From positions 250,957 through 314,956 of IMG/VR virus record IMGVR_UViG_3300048591_000147: a stretch of DNA of 64,000 bases; one strand, written 5' to 3'. Below are positions 59,170-64,000 of the stretch, piece after piece; positions within the stretch are counted from its first letter, which is position 1; every line of letters begins with the position of its first letter. A program made the position numbers and the translations under genes. Under the pieces are notes generated by a model. That model did not search any database, was not told where the DNA came from, and saw only the letters and a list, made by a program, of their open reading frames with translations.

Positions 59170-59433
59170 ATGAATTTTTCAGAAGCATTAGTAGAAATAA
59201 AAAACGGTAAGAAGGTTTCAAGAGAAGGGTGGAATGGTAAGGGGATGTTTGTATTCTTAGTACCGGGTTCTACCTTTAAAGTTAGTAGAGCACCATTACT
59301 TGGAATTTACCCAGAGGGTACTGAAATAAAGTATCATGCCCATGTTGATATGAAAACTGCGGACAATCAGGTAGTTCCATGGTTAGTTTCTCAGACTGAT
59401 TTATTGGCTGATGATTGGGGCGTTGTTGAATGA
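59170..59433 (+). CDS. tad2: Tad2-like (DUF2829) anti-Thoeris sponge protein
   Basis: FSEAL...GKKVSREGWNGKGMFVFL...KTADN...W.VSQTDLLADDW. Confidence 0.85.
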   Translation: MNFSEALVEIKNGKKVSREGWNGKGMFVFLVPGSTFKVSRAPLLGIYPEGTEIKYHAHVDMKTADNQVVPWLVSQTDLLADDWGVVE

Positions 59434-59654
59434 AAATATCTCCAGAGATGCTCGACCAATTCAAAGATGATAAAGCGGGATTGTTAAAGTTAATTAGAGA
59501 GATGGCACCTAAGAAAATTGCAGAAGAACTTTGTAGCGTCCAACCGATGGATGGCATCGATTTGATGACTGTAGCGGACGCTTTAGAAAATTATAAATGG
59601 GCTACACCACATTGTAGGCTGGGTGTTCCATATAATGAAGAAAATGATAAATAA
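59430..59654 (+). CDS. small hypothetical protein with capsid-like SVQPM motif
   Basis: IAEELCSVQPM. Confidence 0.5.
   Translation: MKISPEMLDQFKDDKAGLLKLIREMAPKKIAEELCSVQPMDGIDLMTVADALENYKWATPHCRLGVPYNEENDK
59646..59653 (+). promoter_or_regulatory. late promoter core upstream of tmRNA
   Basis: GATAAATA 7 nt before the predicted acceptor-piece 5' end. Confidence 0.55.
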
Positions 59655-59660
59655 GAATAT

Positions 59661-59724
59661 GGTTGTATGATGTGACTCGAAAAGCTTTGCGGAAGCGATC
59701 TTCGACTGGTCGCCTACTCCACCA
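59661..59724 (+). ncRNA. ssrA: tmRNA acceptor piece (permuted gene)
   Basis: T-arm GCGATC-TTCGACT-GGTCGC then CTACTCC-A-CCA; pairs with GGGGTAG at 59867 including G3:U; 5' end approximate. Confidence 0.85.
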
Positions 59725-59866
59725 AAATTACTAGTAGCCACTAAGGTAGGAAGGGTATCGTGAACCTTTATCCTAGTGACCTTGACAAGGCCAAGGTAGG
59801 GATTAGTTGCCTAACAGCTTAGAATGTGTCGGTTTGATTTCTAGGCGTGCTAATAGTAATTTTGAT
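59725..59866 (+). ncRNA. structured intervening segment of pre-tmRNA
   Basis: Closed by AAATTACTAGTAGC / GCTAATAGTAATTT (13 of 14 paired), with internal hairpins. Confidence 0.6.
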
Positions 59867-60043
59867 GGGGTAGTAAGGATTCGACGGAAAGAATAGTACA
59901 GAAGCGGACAACCGGATAGATGACTGACCTAATCAGCATAAAAACTATAAATGCAAGCAATGACGCATTTTATGATGTCGAGTACGCGCAAGCGGCATGA
60001 ACTATCACGGGGCCTAATCCGCCTTGTTACCCAATAAGATTGC
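59867..60043 (+). ncRNA. ssrA: tmRNA coding piece; tag (A)SNDAFYDVEYAQAA*
   Basis: GGGGTAGTAAGGATTCGAC 5' end; resume codon GCA at 59953 after AT-rich ATAAAT; tag ends AA-stop at 60000; 3' end approximate. Confidence 0.88.
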
Positions 60044-60070
60044 AAAACACCAGCGAAAGCTGGTGTTTTT
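60044..60070 (+). terminator. intrinsic terminator
   Basis: AAAACACCAGC-GAAA-GCTGGTGTTTTT. Confidence 0.9.
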
Positions 60071-60072
60071 GT

Positions 60073-60315
60073 TTATATGGAAAATGCTTCTACAGAATTT
60101 CGTCTAACAGAATCAATCATTTTCTTGTTTCTAAAATAGTAATGTAAATCGTCTTCAAGAATGACTTTTCTAAATATGAGCCGACGCTCTGCCTTTACCT
60201 CTTGTTCCGCCAATACCATTGGCGGAAAAACAAATTGGGTCCGCGTCGGTTTTAGCTGATAACGAATTAATTTAATATATATGTCTTTCTTTGGTTTTCT
60301 AGGTTTATTGTTCAT
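60073..60315 (-). CDS. hypothetical basic protein
   Basis: 80-aa ORF; AAGGGA SD on minus strand. Confidence 0.5.
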   Translation of the reverse strand: MNNKPRKPKKDIYIKLIRYQLKPTRTQFVFPPMVLAEQEVKAERRLIFRKVILEDDLHYYFRNKKMIDSVRRNSVEAFSI

Positions 60316-60402
60316 GTTATTTTCCTTTTAAATTATGATATACCAGTTATCGACAAAAATCAATTACTTGAGCATAAATAATGCCTGACAACGGAGATTA
60401 TT

Positions 60403-61107
60403 ATGCAGCAAAATAGAAACAGAAACAACTCTGAATTACCGGGTAACGACTTTCTCGTATTACAGCCACAAGATGCAAGCGCTATTAGATGTTTCAAGCA
60501 AGTAATACCATTAACAATATACCACTATTACATTTCTGATCCTATTGAAGATCATGCACCATTCTACGATCTATTGAATACATTGAAGACCGCAGAGGCA
60601 CATGATAGAATCATCATTTACTTAAATTGTCCGGGCGGCGCATTATACGTTGCTATCCAAATCGTTAATGCAATACAAACCTCTCAGGCTACTGTTATAA
60701 CATGTTTAGATGGCCAAGTGTGTTCAGCCGCTACACTGATCTTTTTAGTGGGTCACGAATACATAGTAAATAAACATGGTAGTTTCATGATTCACAACTA
60801 CTCCGAAGGTGTCGTTGGTAAGGGTAATGAAATAATTTCAAGAGTTAAACACGCGACTGACTGGTTTGAAAAATTAACTTATGACATATATGGTAATTTT
60901 TTAACTGCAAAGGAGATCGAAGATATATTACAGGGTAAGGATCTATGGCTAGACAGTGATGCAGTTCTAGAAAGATTGCAAAAAAATGAACAGAAAGAAG
61001 ATGCAGAGGAACAGGCAGAAGAGGAAGTCGAAGAAATTGTTCCAATAAAAGTGAAGCGACTCGCCAAACCGAAGCCACCCGCAAAGAAAATAGATAAAAA
61101 GAAGTAA
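60403..61107 (+). CDS. clpP: ClpP-like serine protease
   Basis: IYLNCPGG, VCSAAT (catalytic Ser), FMIHN (His), KDLWL; CATAAATA at 60373-60380. Confidence 0.85.
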   Translation: MQQNRNRNNSELPGNDFLVLQPQDASAIRCFKQVIPLTIYHYYISDPIEDHAPFYDLLNTLKTAEAHDRIIIYLNCPGGALYVAIQIVNAIQTSQATVITCLDGQVCSAATLIFLVGHEYIVNKHGSFMIHNYSEGVVGKGNEIISRVKHATDWFEKLTYDIYGNFLTAKEIEDILQGKDLWLDSDAVLERLQKNEQKEDAEEQAEEEVEEIVPIKVKRLAKPKPPAKKIDKKK

Positions 61108-61136
61108 TTGAACCTTCATTCATATTCGGATATAAT
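61108..61136 (+). promoter_or_regulatory. sigma70-like promoter for primase
   Basis: TTGAAC-17-TATAAT. Confidence 0.6.
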
Positions 61137-61144
61137 CGTCCGAT

Positions 61145-62134
61145 ATGAATGAAAACTTAGAAGATATCCTATACGCTAACATAAACTTTAATTCTGCGCC
61201 AAGTAAATCTTGGCGCAGAATTTTTTGTGAGGTATGTGGTGATGGTAAGAGAACCAAAGGCCCAAGAGGCGGATGGTTGATTGACGGTGACATCGCGTCT
61301 TATCACTGTTTCAATTGCGGCATTAAAGGAAGTTTAGCACCGCCATACACGATGTCAAATGACGTGGTCAAAATTCTTGAAGCGTTTCACGTGCCAGTAA
61401 ATAAAGTGAAATTATTGGGGATGAATAAATCAGCTACACCAGTTGTAAAGGTCGCAAGAGCTTATGAATCAATTCCAATACCAGACCATTTCATTGAATT
61501 GACAAAAGCTACCAACCACCCCATGTATAATATTGCTTGTAACTTCCTGATCAATGAGAAAATGATCAACATCTTTAAGTATAAGTTTTTTCTATCAACT
61601 GGTGAAAGTAGTTCAGTAGTGGAGCAGGCCAAGGCTAAGTTTCTATACAGTCGATTGATCATCCCTGCGTTCAAGTCGGACGAAATGATTTACTATCAGT
61701 CTAGGGCATTGATTAATAACAGCAAGAAATACATGAGTGTGGATAAGCCTAGAGGGTCATCCATGTATTTTATGGATCGATTATACGATAAGCAGATAAG
61801 TCGCATCTTTGTTGTAGAAGGATTCTTTGATGCGTATCACGTTAATGGTGTTGCTGTGATGGAGAACTATTTAACAAAAGAACAGATTGAGTTATTGAAT
61901 AAATGTGATAAACCGAAGATAGTTGTACCTGATAGAAATGGTGATTCAAGTAAACTTATTAACATTGCATTACAGAATGATTGGGCGATAAGTATCCCGA
62001 ACTTTGATGATGATATCAAAGATATTACCGAATGTGTGATTAGGTATGGTAGATTACATACAGCGCAGTTGATAGCAAGCTCGATATACAGTGGTGATAC
62101 GGCAAAGATTATAATTAAACTAAAGAAATTATAA
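61145..62134 (+). CDS. DNA primase (gp61/DnaG-like)
   Basis: CEVC...HCFNC zinc ribbon, RLIIP, YYQSR, VVEGFFDA Toprim, PDRNGD, KD. Confidence 0.85.
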   Translation: MNENLEDILYANINFNSAPSKSWRRIFCEVCGDGKRTKGPRGGWLIDGDIASYHCFNCGIKGSLAPPYTMSNDVVKILEAFHVPVNKVKLLGMNKSATPVVKVARAYESIPIPDHFIELTKATNHPMYNIACNFLINEKMINIFKYKFFLSTGESSSVVEQAKAKFLYSRLIIPAFKSDEMIYYQSRALINNSKKYMSVDKPRGSSMYFMDRLYDKQISRIFVVEGFFDAYHVNGVAVMENYLTKEQIELLNKCDKPKIVVPDRNGDSSKLINIALQNDWAISIPNFDDDIKDITECVIRYGRLHTAQLIASSIYSGDTAKIIIKLKKL

Positions 62135-62163
62135 ATACATCTATTATCCATAGGTAAAACGCT

Positions 62164-62340
62164 ATGCCACAACAGACAGATATTAGTTACAAACAACTAA
62201 ATAATTATTTAGTTGCTGTCGCATCTACGATAGCAAACATGCGTGAGAAGAACATGAAACCGACCAAAACATTTTTCGATGCTTTGTTTTATAATTTAAA
62301 AAATCTCATTCCTGTTGACAAGACCCAGAATCCTAGATAA
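62164..62340 (+). CDS. small hypothetical protein (58 aa, not in ORF track)
   Basis: After TATAAATA (62130-62137). Confidence 0.45.
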   Translation: MPQQTDISYKQLNNYLVAVASTIANMREKNMKPTKTFFDALFYNLKNLIPVDKTQNPR

Positions 62341-62370
62341 ACTGTCTCACCAACATATAGGTGAATACAA

Positions 62371-62577
62371 ATGAATAAATCCATTGATAACAAGAACTTG
62401 AAAATGGTTTATGAAAAGAACATGGAAAACATAGAACACTTTCTTACATTATTCGATCCACGACTAGTAATGGACCCTGATCTTAGAGTCTCTTGTATCG
62501 CCACAAGACAAAGCATCGCATTACTTAGAGAGAAGTTGGACTCCATCCCAGAGAATATATTTAACATAACAGCATGA
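62371..62577 (+). CDS. hypothetical protein
   Basis: AGGTG SD, 68 aa. Confidence 0.5.
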   Translation: MNKSIDNKNLKMVYEKNMENIEHFLTLFDPRLVMDPDLRVSCIATRQSIALLREKLDSIPENIFNITA

Positions 62578-62609
62578 TAAATACCTAAGATAAATATCTT
62601 AGGAACATA

Positions 62610-64000
62610 ATGACTTGTGAATTGCTACCCGGTTTAGTTAAGCCAATAGATGCTTTAATTAAATACTTCTTAGAGGTTAAACCATATCACACAAAACTTT
62701 TAGAAGTTATTGAGCGCTATAGGTTTAATGAATATATCACGGTAGGATTTGAAGAAAATCATACACTGAATCTAACAAAAACCAACAGGGCACTTTGCGG
62801 TCCTGTTGGTTTTGGTCTTGAATGGGATGAGGCATGTGGTTTCGACGCCACCGAGTGTTGTGATTTATTTCAATGTATCGGTGGTTATGGTCTGATATAT
62901 GACAACTCCGACCTGTTGGTAGATTTACCTGTTTCCAGTATAGATGGAGTCAGCGATTCTTTCGTCTTGGATGGTGATCAGACTGCCGACAAGAAGATAC
63001 AAATTTGGTCAATCACTAATAATAATACAATAAAATTGCAGGGTGATTACACAGCGTACTTCGACATACATAAATTATTCCTAATAGTACCATTTAATAT
63101 ATTTGACATAGTAACCATCACCACAAATAGCTTTTATGTGTCTGGCAATAAAGAGTCGGAACTAGCAGCTAGAAAAGAATTCAGAGTAACCAATAGCAGA
63201 TACAATAACGGTGTGTTTGCTATTAAGGTAGTTAGATATTTACCTGACATCAATAAGACCGAGATCATAGTAAATAATACTTTAGATCTTACGGAAGTCT
63301 CAGGTACAATAGAAGTAAAAAGCCCAAACAAAAATAATGGCGTTTATCAAATAGATTCCAATATATTTGATGGTGTGTTCACGGTATTGACCATCAATTC
63401 TTCTAATACATTAAATTATAACAACCAATCTTCAAATGGGTGCATTCAGTTAAGAACTGGATTTATGGCCCCGCGAAGAGTATGGCATTATAGCCCAGAT
63501 GATTTACAAGTCAAAGAATTCAAGATAAGCAATTCCACTTATGACAGTGTAACCGATAAAACGCACGTTGTCACTGCTGAAAAAATATACACGCCGTTGG
63601 CAGGTAATGGTGATTTAAGAATTTATGGTTACAGATTTGGCGCAGGGTTTGATGGGTTCGAAGAGTGTTCGACGCCCAAACCATATAACATACACGCGAC
63701 GATTGGCGAGGTATTACGAATAACAGTCAATACGATGGTCACGCCAACACCTACACCAACCGTGTCCGTAAGTTCTGGTGTAGCACCTGAAGCATTACTC
63801 CAACAGAATGGTGACTCTATACTTCAACAGAATGGTAATCGTATCTTATTATCTAATGCGATTACTCCAACAGTTACTCCAACAGTTACTCCAACAGTTA
63901 CTCCAACAGTTACTCCAACAGTTACTCCAACAGTTACTCCAACAGTTACTCCAACAGTTACTCCAACAGTTACTCCAACAGTTACTCCAACAGTTACTCC
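62610..64000 (+). CDS. virion structural protein, 3'-truncated by window edge
   Basis: AGGA SD, GATAAATA at 62589; MTCELLPGL...LEVKPYHTKLLE; in frame with the final (TPTV)n; absent from the track, consistent with no stop before the edge. Confidence 0.7.
   Translation, partial: MTCELLPGLVKPIDALIKYFLEVKPYHTKLLEVIERYRFNEYITVGFEENHTLNLTKTNRALCGPVGFGLEWDEACGFDATECCDLFQCIGGYGLIYDNSDLLVDLPVSSIDGVSDSFVLDGDQTADKKIQIWSITNNNTIKLQGDYTAYFDIHKLFLIVPFNIFDIVTITTNSFYVSGNKESELAARKEFRVTNSRYNNGVFAIKVVRYLPDINKTEIIVNNTLDLTEVSGTIEVKSPNKNNGVYQIDSNIFDGVFTVLTINSSNTLNYNNQSSNGCIQLRTGFMAPRRVWHYSPDDLQVKEFKISNSTYDSVTDKTHVVTAEKIYTPLAGNGDLRIYGYRFGAGFDGFEECSTPKPYNIHATIGEVLRITVNTMVTPTPTPTVSVSSGVAPEALLQQNGDSILQQNGNRILLSNAITPTVTPTVTPTVTPTVTPTVTPTVTPTVTPTVTPTVTPTVTPTVT
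63862..64000 (+). repeat. 12-bp perfect tandem repeat (TTACTCCAACAG)n, at least 11.5 units
   Basis: Directly visible; encodes (TPTV)n and continues past the window end. Confidence 0.97.

Noticed and set aside
59690-59724. Stand-alone tRNA gene
   Set aside because: T-arm and CCA are present but no D or anticodon arm upstream; explained as the tmRNA acceptor piece. No other tRNA recognised in the window
63862-64000. CRISPR array (also considered for 15500-15571)
   Set aside because: Repeats are head-to-tail without spacers and in frame with Pro/Thr coding; no cas genes seen
1-64000. Stop-codon reassignment (alternative genetic code)
   Set aside because: Conserved genes are full length in the standard code and end in TAA, TGA and TAG

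Overview
AT-rich (about 35% GC by eye), gene-dense segment of a large T4-superfamily-like (probably jumbo) dsDNA bacteriophage. It carries packaging and recombination/replication genes (terminase large subunit, gp32-like SSB, UvsX/UvsY/UvsW, clamp loader, primase), virion proteins with Pro/Thr linkers, spanins and a lysozyme. A large accessory region holds NAD salvage (NadM-Nudix + NAMPT), NADAR, Acb1- and Tad2-like anti-defence genes, RNA repair enzymes, nucleotide metabolism genes, PhoH, a PlcP/Agt-like pair and three antisense homing-type endonucleases. Most notable: (1) a circularly permuted two-piece tmRNA gene with an unusually long, structured intervening segment, next to a ClpP-like gene; (2) a covarying bulged hairpin enclosing the Shine-Dalgarno and start codon of both NAD-salvage genes and one unknown gene; (3) a PlcP-Agt-like membrane-lipid-remodelling operon; (4) a minimal DnaE core split into two genes 8 kb apart; (5) an NAD-dependent ligase split by an inverted endonuclease with no room for an intron. 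All family assignments come from motif recognition by eye; no database searches were run.
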